A stretch of DNA of 64,000 nt, taken from positions 17,450-81,449 of the IMG/VR virus record IMGVR_UViG_3300020045_007008, one strand, 5' to 3'. Below, piece by piece: positions 9,923-19,721 of the stretch (positions are counted from its first letter, which is position 1; every line of letters begins with the position of its first letter). Both the position numbers and the translations under genes were made by a program. A model generated the notes under the pieces. It worked only from the letters and a program-made list of their open reading frames with translations, was not told the origin of the DNA and made no database searches. Origin of the DNA: a virus.

Positions 9923-11093
9923 TTAATATGCAAAGTATAGAACAAATTATAAATGAAGTAGACTTATTTAATGCTGATTTATCTAATATCACATTAAGCA
10001 AGAAAAAAAGAAAGGATTTTATAGTCTATCCTATTAAAAAGATTATTGATATTGATAATATCTTAATACAACAAGCAAATCTATTAAAATTTAACTTAGA
10101 TGATATAGAAGCAATGTTTACCAATAAGGATAGTTTAGATAGAACAAAAAAAGTAATTAAGACTTTAGAATATATCAATAATAATTATAAATTAATAAAG
10201 AAATAATATGACTAACAACATTAATGAAAACAATAAATTAAATCTTAAAAAGAGAACAAATGTTAGAATTCTAAAATTAGAAGAAGGAATAATAGTAGCT
10301 GTTCCTACACTAAAAGCAATCAGTGATGCAAGAATTTTAGATGTGAACGAAGATGGTTCATTTACAGCACATTGGAATGAAAATTGGAATGAAAGTGGTG
10401 ATTTTAGAACTGAATTAATGCGATTTGATAATAACCTAATATTTGATAATGGTGATAAAGAAAAAAGAAATAAAATTAGAAAAAATAATAATTTAATTGA
10501 AATTATATAATATGAAATCTAAAACTTGGGGCAAAAAAGTAAAATGTAAACGATGTGGGAAAGAAGGAGGAATTGAAGAAATAGAAGGTCGATTATTTTT
10601 TCAATGCTACGGTATCTGCCAGTTAAAGGAATATTTGAAAACATATAATATGAAGAAATATGTATAATAAAATATTACAATGCGAAGAATGTGGTCTATA
10701 TTATGATAATGAAGAAGATATCGAAAATATAGACGAAACCGGAGTATGTATAGATTGCGATAATCAATTTGAATGTATTATAAAATAAAAAATAAAAGTA
10801 TGAAATTACAAGGGAAATATAATATCGAAATCATAGTGAATGATAATTTTAATGAAAATCAAGTAATTAAAGTTACCACTACATCGACAAAAGAAATAGA
10901 AGAAAATTTAAGATTGCTTGATAAAATGATTGCAGAATATGACGAAGAAAATAACAAACAATGTTATCAATGTAATGAATATTTTCATATTGATGATATG
11001 AGTATTCCGGAAGGATTAGATGATGTACTCATATGTCAAGATTGTTTACAAAAGATATTAAGTGGAGAAATTATTCTTAAAAATATTGAAAGT

Positions 11094-11189
11094 TGTGGAT
11101 AACTATTTTATATGCTTTATTTATCACTAATATTAAATGAAAATAATTATTAAAATAATATTGACAAATTCTATATAATAATATATAAT
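11094..11189 (+). promoter_or_regulatory. DnaA box + TCACTAATATTAAA + sigma70 promoter cassette
   Basis: TGTGGATAA at 11094, TCACTAATATTAAA at 11124, TTGACA 11161-17 nt-TATAAT. Confidence 0.8.
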
Positions 11190-11493
11190 TATAATATAAG
11201 TAATTAAATAAGTATATGAAAAATAATGACATAATAGTAAATATAAAAAATCCAGAATATGGAGAATGGAAAGTAAGGGAAAGTGATATAGAAGGAATGT
11301 GGGAAATAACAAGCGATAGGGGTTCAAGAATGTTAAATAAAGATGAAGAAAAATTTTGGAGAATTATAGAAAAATAAATATAGCTAAGGTTATCTAGATA
11401 CGAGTTAAGAGCAAACAAGCTACTTCTCTTATGAAGATAACAAATAAAAAGATAACCTTGGCTATTCATATAATTTAAAATAAAAACAAAAAT

Positions 11494-12045
11494 ATGGAGA
11501 ACAAAAACAAAAAAATAGAAATCTTTACAATCAAAAACACTTTAAAAGCAATTATAGCATCGATAGTAGTATTTACACTTGCTTATTTATTAGTAAGCAT
11601 AATAGTATTTCCTACTATAGCAGTTCAGAAATTTATAACATTTATTAAAAATCCAGTTCCTATTTATAAAATAGCAGAGATTAATTGCATTCAAGAAAAA
11701 AAATATAAATATAATGATAAAATTCCAGTAGAAATTATTAAAAATGAAATTAAGAAACAAGCTATAGAATTTAATAATGATGCTAGATTTATGCTAGAAT
11801 TGGGACATTGTGAAAGTGGATTTAATAACTTAGCAGATAATTCAATCAGTACAGCTAAAGGAGTATTTCAATTTGTAGCTAATACGTGGGAAGTAACAGA
11901 ATCAAATACAAAAAAAATTAGTGAATTTGACTATATTGCAAATATCAGAGAAGCCAATATAAAAATTGCTAATCATGAATATCATCATTGGGTTGATTGT
12001 ATAGCAGATATAAAAGCTGGTGAATTCAAATCATTAAAATTTTAA
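11494..12045 (+). CDS. Membrane-anchored lytic transglycosylase-like (SLT/Rpf-like) protein
   Basis: N-terminal TM helix; CESGFN..A.N..STAKGVFQF...TW motif. Confidence 0.75.
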   Translation: MENKNKKIEIFTIKNTLKAIIASIVVFTLAYLLVSIIVFPTIAVQKFITFIKNPVPIYKIAEINCIQEKKYKYNDKIPVEIIKNEIKKQAIEFNNDARFMLELGHCESGFNNLADNSISTAKGVFQFVANTWEVTESNTKKISEFDYIANIREANIKIANHEYHHWVDCIADIKAGEFKSLKF

Positions 12046-12130
12046 ATAGCACATTAACTCATATGTGCCGGTAGACGAAACTCGTCTATCGCAACAAGTG
12101 AATTAATATTAAACAAAAAGGAGAACTAAA

Positions 12131-12382
12131 TTGGAAAAGACAAACTGTCCAAAATGCCAGCGAGATATATACGGCAGAGCAGACAACTTTAAATGCTATT
12201 CTTGCGGAGACTACAAACGCAATCATGACGGCAAGTTAATCCCCACTACTTGCACAAGTTGCTCACAGCCTTTAACTAAGGGCTACTACAACACAGATAA
12301 AGGATTTATTTGTCCAGCTTGTATAGACACAAAGTTTATCCAAGAAAACAAAGACCTAATATCCAAACTCTATCGGGGATAA
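12131..12382 (+). CDS. Multi-CxxC zinc-finger protein (SD-led, TTG start)
   Basis: Four CxxC pairs; AAAGGAG upstream; followed by a GGGGAT/ATCCCC-TTTT terminator at 12375-12396. Confidence 0.65.
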   Translation: MEKTNCPKCQRDIYGRADNFKCYSCGDYKRNHDGKLIPTTCTSCSQPLTKGYYNTDKGFICPACIDTKFIQENKDLISKLYRG

Positions 12383-12600
12383 TATATCCCCCTTTTAAAA
12401 GATTATTAAATTATAATATGACCAAAAACCTAAAACCAATAATTAAATAAGTAATAAGTTTATGGAAAAGATGTTTAAATTAGTGGAAAGCCTTGAATCT
12501 TTAACAGAAAAAAAACTATTAATATTAATTATAGGTCTTCTTTTATCAAGAAAGGAAGACAGAAAAGAATTAGTAGAACAATTAACTAATCAATAAGTTT

Positions 12601-12794
12601 ATGGACAAAGAATGGACAAAAATAGTAAAAAACAAGATGACGCTAGATGAGATATTCGCTATAGACAATTTAGAACATCGTAGAATAGCAGATGATAATA
12701 TTTTGCAATTCGATATGAAGAGAAATGCTTGGAGGCTAAAGCTGGACTTATCGGACTTAGCACCGATGAAATAGAGTGGGTTAAAGAATATTAA
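12601..12794 (+). pseudogene. Probable internally deleted or frameshifted gene remnant
   Basis: Starts MDKEWTKIVKNKMTLDEIFAIDNLEHRRIA; a plausible C-terminus (CLEAKAGLIGLSTDEIEWVKEY) lies in another frame. Confidence 0.4.
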
Positions 12795-12808
12795 TTTTAA
12801 ATAATAAT

Positions 12809-12997
12809 ATGAAATACGAAGAAAAAATATTCTAGTCAGGCGTAACTATCGGCGTAGTAATAGCCGTTATAGCGTTTTTGATTACATTCGCCACTCTCTT
12901 CGCCCTAAGAGCCGAAGCCCAGACAGAGATTACGGCGAGGGTGGAGGAAAATATTTGTAATAGTAATATTGAAATTTTAAAAGTGTGTTGTAAATAA
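12809..12997 (+). pseudogene. Small membrane protein gene with an in-frame TAG at codon 9
   Basis: MKYEEKIF*SGVTIGVVIAVIAFLITFATLFALRAEAQTE...; typical leader, and the frame continues 53 codons past the stop. Confidence 0.5.
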
Positions 12998-13002
12998 AAA
13001 TT

Positions 13003-13146
13003 ATGAAAATCTATAGAACATTATGCCCTAATTGTGGAGAAGAAATGGATAATTTAATTGTTTTTGATTATCATTTCGAGTGCCCAATTTGTCATAAACA
13101 TGTTTCATATGAACTTGCTAAGAGAAGACAAATACATATTTACTAA
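13003..13146 (+). CDS. Zn-ribbon micro-protein
   Basis: MKIYRTLCPNCGEEM...ECPICHK. Confidence 0.6.
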   Translation: MKIYRTLCPNCGEEMDNLIVFDYHFECPICHKHVSYELAKRRQIHIY

Positions 13147-13190
13147 AGTCGTTTCTTGCACTGTATTTCTTTTAGCGGATGATTGTAAAT

Positions 13191-13262
13191 TAATCCCCAC
13201 CACCAACCCTCTTGGGCAGGTTATTAATCTTGAGAGATTAATTTAATTGGTGGATGGGATTA
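13191..13262 (+). ncRNA. Structured intergenic element
   Basis: TAATCCC..CACCAA pairs with TTGGTG..GGGATTA, enclosing inner hairpins. Confidence 0.45.
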
Positions 13263-13278
13263 GCGGATAATTAAAAAC

Positions 13279-13476
13279 TAATCGTCCATTACAAGCTACG
13301 GGAGGCAGAATAGTAATGCATCTTAGAAATTGAACTAATGTTTATTTTCGGAGTAAGCAAGGTGACTATACAAGCGTGTCGCAGATGTAAAATTGCGACT
13401 GGCGGAGAGAATACCGCCTTTATAAAAAATTGACTACTTGTCAAATCCTTGCCCTGTAGCTTTTAGCGGATGATTA
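13279..13476 (+). ncRNA. tRNA-like RNA with a large T-loop insertion
   Basis: GCTACGGG/CCTGTAGC acceptor-like stem, D-arm-like GGCAGAATAGTAATGC, and GCAAGGT...TCAAATCCTTGC T-arm split by about 77 nt. Confidence 0.55.
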
Positions 13477-13606
13477 ATAATAAGTATAAAAATTATGGCT
13501 TACACACCACCAAAAAAAGAATGCGAACACGATATAGACCATATGTGGAATTATGATAAAGAGCGAAATCTATTTGTGTGTCTTAAATGTGGAGCAACTA
13601 AAAATT

Positions 13607-13730
13607 AATTACCCCCTCCCCTCCGATGAGAAATGAGCGAACCTGTTTTAATCAAAGGTCTAGAACTTTAGTTATTAATTGGCTTCATCCAAGCGCGCGA
13701 CCATTGCTCATCGGTAGAGAGTCGATAATT
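13607..13730 (+). ncRNA. Structured intergenic element
   Basis: CCGATGAG (13623) pairs with CTCATCGG (13707); GC-rich, no ORF. Confidence 0.4.
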
Positions 13731-14043
13731 ATTAAATAAAATATTATATGGAAAAAGAAAAATGCGCTAATTGTGGAAAGGCACTTAGCACAGACAAAGT
13801 TGAGCAAAGTAATTGGAAATTGTATTGCCCGGAATGTATAGAAAAAGACCCTACACTCTTACTTCCTGATTTACTAAATAAATAATATGAAACCAAAATA
13901 CAAATTTCACATTTCAATAATTGGTAACGAAAGCAAGCACAAAGCATTTGTGTCGGTTAATACCAATATTAATGAGAAAGAAGTCATCGCCCTGGAGAAA
14001 AAGATATATGGTGTTATTAAAAGGCATTTAGAGAAGAAATAAT

Positions 14044-14271
14044 ATGGAAAATGAAATAATCAAAAGGTTTAGGAAATTATTGGTTGAAGACCAATTATCG
14101 CAACCTGACTGTGAAAAATTCATCCTCTCCGAACTTAAAGCCTTAAAAGAGGAGTGTGTCGGGAAAAAAAGAATTTATACACCAGATATGCCAGCTTCTT
14201 ATAAATTTTTTAGAGGCTATAATAAAAAAAGAGAAGAAATAATCAAAGCCTTCGAAAAGCGAGGTATTTAA
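14044..14271 (+). CDS. Hypothetical protein
   Basis: ORF with typical AATATG leader. Confidence 0.55.
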   Translation: MENEIIKRFRKLLVEDQLSQPDCEKFILSELKALKEECVGKKRIYTPDMPASYKFFRGYNKKREEIIKAFEKRGI

Positions 14272-14276
14272 AATAT

Positions 14277-14489
14277 ATGAAAGAACATAAATGCTGACCA
14301 ATAAAAATAGGTGAACATCCAAATAGCAATCAGTATAGGTTTCAATGTTTAAAACAAAAAGGATTTTTACATTTTGTTGAAATTTATAATTGTTGGACTT
14401 GTTGGGAAAAAGTAGAATTTAGAATACCATTTTTACAGTCAATATTTTTTAAAAAGACATTATATTGGAAAGTACACGGAGAAAAATAA
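14277..14489 (+). pseudogene. Small gene with an in-frame TGA at codon 7
   Basis: MKEHKC*PIKIGEHPNSNQYRFQC...CWTCW...; the frame continues 63 codons past the stop. Confidence 0.5.
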
Positions 14490-14562
14490 ATAATAAAATT
14501 TTAGTAAAATATTCTAAAGATAAGAATATAAATTTATAATAACATTAAACATTATTTAGATA

Positions 14563-14591
14563 TTGACTTTTTATATAATATTATATATAAT
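14563..14591 (+). promoter_or_regulatory. sigma70-type promoter of the replication module
   Basis: TTGACT-17 nt-TATAAT. Confidence 0.8.
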
Positions 14592-14617
14592 AATTAAATA
14601 ATAAATAATATAATTCT

Positions 14618-14944
14618 ATGAAATTAACAATCAAAAAAATCACAAAAAATCAAAAAATTTCAAAAAAAACAAATAATCCATATACTTCAATCGGTCTATT
14701 AACTGAAGAATATGGTGATAAACAATGGATTAATGGTTTCGGCAATAAACAAAATGAAGATTGGAAAATTGGAGATGTAATAAATGTTGAACTTACACAA
14801 GGAGAATATAATGGAAATAAAACATTGAATTTTTCTATGATTGATGAGAAAGAAAATAATTCTAATAAATCAGATGATAGAATTATTAATGCTTTAAGAG
14901 AAATTTATACGAAATTACAAGAAATTGAAAAATTAATTAAATAA
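14618..14944 (+). CDS. Putative OB-fold single-stranded DNA-binding protein
   Basis: Beta-rich small protein (K..PY..IGL...W.NGF.....W..GD.I.V) at the head of the replication module. Confidence 0.45.
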   Translation: MKLTIKKITKNQKISKKTNNPYTSIGLLTEEYGDKQWINGFGNKQNEDWKIGDVINVELTQGEYNGNKTLNFSMIDEKENNSNKSDDRIINALREIYTKLQEIEKLIK

Positions 14945-14981
14945 AAAAAAGTAATTAGCTTGTCAGTTATTTACTAAAAAG

Positions 14982-15257
14982 ATGAAAGAAAAAGAAATTA
15001 TATCATTAAATGAGCTTTACAAATCAAAAAAAATTTATTGGATAGATACTTCATTAACATTAAGAAAATGGATACAAAGAGATATTATTACAAATAATAT
15101 TTTAGAAGCAAAAACAATAGAGTCAAATGGATATCAAACAGGATTAAGATATTACATTCCTAAAAAGAATGTGAATTCGTTTATTATTGCCTTTGAACAA
15201 GGAAATTTATATGAAAAAAACAATACAACTAATAGAAAAAATCCACCAAGAATATGA
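14982..15257 (+). CDS. Putative HTH/excisionase-like DNA-binding protein
   Basis: TLRKWI...L.A......G.RY.I pattern. Confidence 0.4.
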   Translation: MKEKEIISLNELYKSKKIYWIDTSLTLRKWIQRDIITNNILEAKTIESNGYQTGLRYYIPKKNVNSFIIAFEQGNLYEKNNTTNRKNPPRI

Positions 15258-15756
15258 AGAAGAATTTTTTAATCTCCAAATCCAAAAGGACCAATTAGAT
15301 ACTATCATTGAAGTTGATAGAATTTTAGAAATATTAAATCTCGGTAAAGTTGACGAAAAGGTCAAAGAGAACCGGGATTTTTTATTCTGGGATGGGGATA
15401 AATTAATTAATGCAGAAGCAAAATTATCTCGATATTCAGAAAAGATTGGAGATTGGATTACATTTCATGAATCACGGTCAGATTTTTCTTGGCTATGGCG
15501 TAAAGGAAAAATGTCAGAAGATTGGCTACCAATGAAAACAGAAATAAAAAATAATCTTGGAAAGGTAACAAATGATGATGTGAATAATAAACTAGTTGAA
15601 AAATATCTAGGTGAACAATTCTATTCTATGTTTCATAGAAGACGAGCAGATTATCTAATTAGAAAAATCGATGCAATAGATAGAATGTTAAGAACAATTG
15701 CCCACCGGTTAAAAGAATTAAGCAGACAACAATCATTACCACAGGATAATAATTAA
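15211..15756 (+). CDS. Hypothetical protein
   Basis: Long ORF in the replication module. Confidence 0.6.
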   Translation: MKKTIQLIEKIHQEYEEEFFNLQIQKDQLDTIIEVDRILEILNLGKVDEKVKENRDFLFWDGDKLINAEAKLSRYSEKIGDWITFHESRSDFSWLWRKGKMSEDWLPMKTEIKNNLGKVTNDDVNNKLVEKYLGEQFYSMFHRRRADYLIRKIDAIDRMLRTIAHRLKELSRQQSLPQDNN

Positions 15757-15799
15757 TTTGATTTTTATATTGAATAATGTTCTAATATAAAAAATTAAT

Positions 15800-16777
15800 A
15801 TGACAAAAAATAGATATATAAATACAAGAATGTGGCGTGATGTTTCATTTAGAAAATTTACTAAAGATGAAAAATTGTTATTCTTATATTTATTAACTAA
15901 TCCAGATACTAATATAGCAGGAATATATGAAATACCACTTGACCAAATATCTTTAGATACAGGAATAAGTGAAAATGATATTAAATCTATTTTTAAAAAT
16001 TTTGAAAAATTTGATAAAATTTTCTATATTGATGGGTGGGTTTTTATTAAAAATTTTATAAAATATCAAAAAATAAATCCAAAAATTGAAATTGGCATTG
16101 AAAACTGTAAAAAAGAAGTACCATCTAAAATTTATTTAAAGTTACAGAAAATTGATAGCCTATTAAAGCCTATCGATAGCATTTCAAAGCCTTCGAATAA
16201 TAATAATAAGAATTATAATAATAATTATAATAAGAATATTATTACGCAGAAAAAATCTTCGATTTTGTCTGACAGTGGATTAATATTTGATTTTGACCAA
16301 GAAAAGGAAAAAATGCAATCTAGTAAATTACTATGGCGAAAGATATTAATAAATTACTGGTTGATAAAAGACATAAAAATAACCTCTCGTGAAATGTTTA
16401 AATCTGCACATGATAGAGATATAAAATCATCAAAGTCAATTGCTTGTTATGAATATGATGATATAATCGGTTGTATGCAATGGCTAAAAAATACTGCTGA
16501 TTATGATTGGAAATTAGAAACAATACATAAAAAAATAGATTGGTATTTAAAAAACATCAAGAATATAAATATAAAACAAGATAATGAAGATAAAAGAAAA
16601 ATATTATCAAAAGATTGTAAAATATGTAAAGATGGATATATTCTAATGGTGAATGATAAAAAATACGAGGAATTATTACCATGTGAGTGTATATATTCAA
16701 CAATTTCAACAAAAAAACTAGAAGAATTGAAAGAATATATCAAAAAAAATAATTTCAAGATGAAAGTTGATACCTAG
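15800..16777 (+). CDS. Phage replication initiator/replisome organizer
   Basis: R.I.T.MW.D..F......KLLFLYLLTNP.TNIAGIYEI....I..DTG N-terminal wHTH; low-complexity Asn linker with DNA repeats. Confidence 0.8.
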   Translation: MTKNRYINTRMWRDVSFRKFTKDEKLLFLYLLTNPDTNIAGIYEIPLDQISLDTGISENDIKSIFKNFEKFDKIFYIDGWVFIKNFIKYQKINPKIEIGIENCKKEVPSKIYLKLQKIDSLLKPIDSISKPSNNNNKNYNNNYNKNIITQKKSSILSDSGLIFDFDQEKEKMQSSKLLWRKILINYWLIKDIKITSREMFKSAHDRDIKSSKSIACYEYDDIIGCMQWLKNTADYDWKLETIHKKIDWYLKNIKNINIKQDNEDKRKILSKDCKICKDGYILMVNDKKYEELLPCECIYSTISTKKLEELKEYIKKNNFKMKVDT

Positions 16778-16908
16778 TTCACTATTAGCATATTGAAATT
16801 CCTTGAAATTCGATAGCGTGCTAATGAGTTTAGGTGAAAGTTAATATAATATACATTCCATAAAAAAATAACCGTAGAAACGCGTATAATCGCAAATCTA
16901 TCAAGACT

Positions 16909-18435
16909 ATGTATCTAGAAGCATTGAAATATCTAAAATTAGGTTGGTCTATAATACCAATAGGTGAAAATAAACGACCACTTATTGCTTGGAAAAAATA
17001 TCAGACTGAATTACCAACAGAACAAGATATTGAATTATGGTTTAAAGAACCAGAGAAAATGGGTAAAGCACCAAATATTGGATTGATAACTGGAAAAATT
17101 TCAAATGTTACTGTAGTTGATGTTGAAAATGGTGGGAATGCAAATGATTTGCCAGAAACATTAATATCAAAAACAGGTGGAGGTGGGTTTCATTATTTTT
17201 TTAAATATCAAAAAGATATTGGAAATCTAGTACGAGTAAGAGAATTAACTGATATTCGCAACGATGGTGGCTATGTCATCCTTCCTCCCTCCAAATCTAC
17301 CAAAGGAGGATATGAATGGAGGAAAATAATTCCACTTGTTGAATTTCCAATTGAATTATTCAATGTAAAAAAATTCAATAAACCAGAGAGAATAGATATA
17401 CCTATTCCTGAATATCCCGGAGTAAATGATGGTCAGAGAAATGATGCTATGCTGAGATATATTGGAAAAATAATTCCATTAATTCATCCATTGGATTGGG
17501 AGACAATCGGCTGGGAAAAAATAAAAGAAGCAAATGAAAAAAATAATCCACCATTAACAGAAAAAGAAATTAGAGGAATGTTTGATGGAATTTGTAAAAA
17601 TGAAAAAAATAATCCAAGTCTAAGAAAAGGAGTTCCAATAATACAAGAAGAGGAAGACGATGATGAAGATATTTTACCTATTTGGCAAATTGCAGAAATG
17701 ACAGATATGAAAGATTTAGAAACATTCCCTTGTGGAATAGATGATTTTGATAATGCTATCATGGGAGGATTTAAAGAAGGAGATTTGATAGTTATTACTG
17801 CTAAAACCGGTGAGGGTAAGACGACTTTTGCTCAGTCAATAACTTATAATATGGCGAATAATGGAGTACCTTGTTTATTCTTTTCTTATGAAGTTTTAAT
17901 TACAAATGTTTGGAAAGCATTTCAGAAGATGGGAGCAACGAATGAACATTTAATTTTTTCTCCATTTAAAACATCATCTGGAACAATAGATTGGCTTGAA
18001 AGAAAAATATTACAAGCAATAAAAAAATATGGTACGAAAATGATTGTGATTGACCACTTGGGATTTTTATTTCCTCGTAAAACTGGATTCGATTCACAAA
18101 TGAGTGCAAATTATTCTGCTTTTCTTGGAAATGTATGTAGAGATTTAAAAACATTAGCTATAAATAATAAATTAATAATTATTCTTTTAGCTCATTTAAG
18201 AAAAACAGATAAACCAACTATCAATGATTTAAAAGATAGTGTTGGTATAGGACAAGAATCAGATACTGTATTTATTTTAGAACGACAATTAGCAAATCAA
18301 AAAACTGGTTCAACTGAATTATATTCAAATGATACTATGATTACTTTAGTAAAAAATAGAATGGGAGGAAGTACACCAAAAGTATTATGTCATCTAGAAA
18401 ATGGACGATTTAAAAAGAAATTTGAATTAAATTAG
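16909..18435 (+). CDS. Bifunctional primase-polymerase fused to a PriCT domain and DnaB-like helicase
   Basis: NIGLITG...VVDVE...TGGGGFHYFF...DIR.DGGYV; GQRND; Walker A AKTGEGKT; VIDHL; LKDS..I.QESD. Confidence 0.9.
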   Translation: MYLEALKYLKLGWSIIPIGENKRPLIAWKKYQTELPTEQDIELWFKEPEKMGKAPNIGLITGKISNVTVVDVENGGNANDLPETLISKTGGGGFHYFFKYQKDIGNLVRVRELTDIRNDGGYVILPPSKSTKGGYEWRKIIPLVEFPIELFNVKKFNKPERIDIPIPEYPGVNDGQRNDAMLRYIGKIIPLIHPLDWETIGWEKIKEANEKNNPPLTEKEIRGMFDGICKNEKNNPSLRKGVPIIQEEEDDDEDILPIWQIAEMTDMKDLETFPCGIDDFDNAIMGGFKEGDLIVITAKTGEGKTTFAQSITYNMANNGVPCLFFSYEVLITNVWKAFQKMGATNEHLIFSPFKTSSGTIDWLERKILQAIKKYGTKMIVIDHLGFLFPRKTGFDSQMSANYSAFLGNVCRDLKTLAINNKLIIILLAHLRKTDKPTINDLKDSVGIGQESDTVFILERQLANQKTGSTELYSNDTMITLVKNRMGGSTPKVLCHLENGRFKKKFELN

Positions 18436-18438
18436 GTA

Positions 18439-18467
18439 TTGACTAATGATATATAATAATATATAAT
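18439..18467 (+). promoter_or_regulatory. sigma70-type promoter
   Basis: TTGACT-17 nt-TATAAT. Confidence 0.65.
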
Positions 18468-18719
18468 ATGGATAAGCAACAAAGAAAAGTATATAATCGA
18501 GAATATTATAGAGTATATAATCATAAACCAGAGGCAAGAGAAAAAAGATTATTGAGAGCTAGAATATCTGCCGCTGTACGAAAGAAAAAAATAAAAAGAC
18601 AAGCTTGTTATTGTTGTAAAGAGAAAAAAGTTATGGTATATTTAGATGCTGTTGATGAATTAGGATTAATTTGGTTATGTAAAAAACATCATTTGTATTT
18701 TAGAAAATTAAATAAATAA
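18468..18719 (+). CDS. Degenerate HNH-like Zn-binding protein
   Basis: CYCC...WLCKKHH motif. Confidence 0.55.
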   Translation: MDKQQRKVYNREYYRVYNHKPEAREKRLLRARISAAVRKKKIKRQACYCCKEKKVMVYLDAVDELGLIWLCKKHHLYFRKLNK

Positions 18720-18732
18720 TTTAAAGATTAAT

Positions 18733-19671
18733 ATGAAAACATTACGAACAGTAATCAAAGAGAAAATTTTTGAGATTGGAGAAGAAAGAACAAGAGTAAA
18801 AAAATCATTTTGGTGTACAGAATCAGAGACAAATCAACTTGAATTATTTTTTAAATTCAAAGGGATTAAGCCAACCAATCCAATGAAACCAGAAACAAAA
18901 TTTGGATTGAATATTAGAAAAAAAGTTGAAGATGTTATTCTAAGTTATCTTGAAGATATAATAATCAAACCAAAGCGATATGAAGATGAAGATGGAACAA
19001 TTATTGAAAATCCTGAGCAACATAGAGTAAAAATGGAAAGATTAGGAGTTCCAATCACTGGATATATGGATGCAGTTATAAAAGAAAGAGTAGAAGTAGA
19101 ATCTGGGGCTGATGGAGTTAATGGGCAATGGATTGAATTACCAGTAGAAATAAAAACAAGTTACGGTCCATTTGCTGAAGCAGAATTAAAAAGATGTGAA
19201 CCTAAATTAGGATATCTAAAACAACTTGGCCAATATATGGATTTCATGGGAGTTAATAAGGGATATTTATTTCAATTACATTTTAGTAATAATGGATTTA
19301 TCCCAGATGATTTTTATCAATTTGCTTTAATAAGAAATGGAAATAAATTTAAATGTGGCAATATCGAATTTGATATTTATGAAGATATATATAAACGATA
19401 TGAAAGAATATGGAATAATTATATTGTACCAAATATCGAACCACCATCAGAATATAAATATAAATATAAATTAGATGAAATAGATTGGAGAAGAATACCA
19501 AAATCAAAAGTAACTAATGCAAGAAATAATAGAGCAGTAATTGGTGATTGGCAAATTCAATATTCAGATTGGAAAGATTTAATTATACAAAAAGAAGGAA
19601 CACAGTTAGGGTATACAGACCAAGAATTAAATTATATTAAAGATTGTACAAAAGGATTTACATCGTGGTAA
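18733..19671 (+). CDS. PD-(D/E)XK (Cas4/RecB-like) exonuclease
   Basis: ITGYMD...VEIKT...QL..Y motifs. Confidence 0.75.
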   Translation: MKTLRTVIKEKIFEIGEERTRVKKSFWCTESETNQLELFFKFKGIKPTNPMKPETKFGLNIRKKVEDVILSYLEDIIIKPKRYEDEDGTIIENPEQHRVKMERLGVPITGYMDAVIKERVEVESGADGVNGQWIELPVEIKTSYGPFAEAELKRCEPKLGYLKQLGQYMDFMGVNKGYLFQLHFSNNGFIPDDFYQFALIRNGNKFKCGNIEFDIYEDIYKRYERIWNNYIVPNIEPPSEYKYKYKLDEIDWRRIPKSKVTNARNNRAVIGDWQIQYSDWKDLIIQKEGTQLGYTDQELNYIKDCTKGFTSW

Positions 19672-19721
19672 TAAATAATTATTAAATAAGCATATGAAAA
19701 TAACAAAATATAAAAACAATT

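Larger units (their letters stand above)
7899..11377 (+). other. Array of small early-type hypothetical ORFs (e.g. 8011-8238, 8260-8424, 9248-9463, 9928-10206, 10208-10510, ~10800-11102 and several CxxC micro-proteins)
   Basis: Tightly packed 30-110 aa ORFs, each with an AT-rich AATATG-type leader, downstream of a consensus promoter. Confidence 0.6.

Noticed and set aside
18733-19671. Cas4-like nuclease as evidence of CRISPR-Cas
   Set aside because: No repeat-spacer array or other cas genes seen; solo Cas4-like nucleases are common in phage replication modules.
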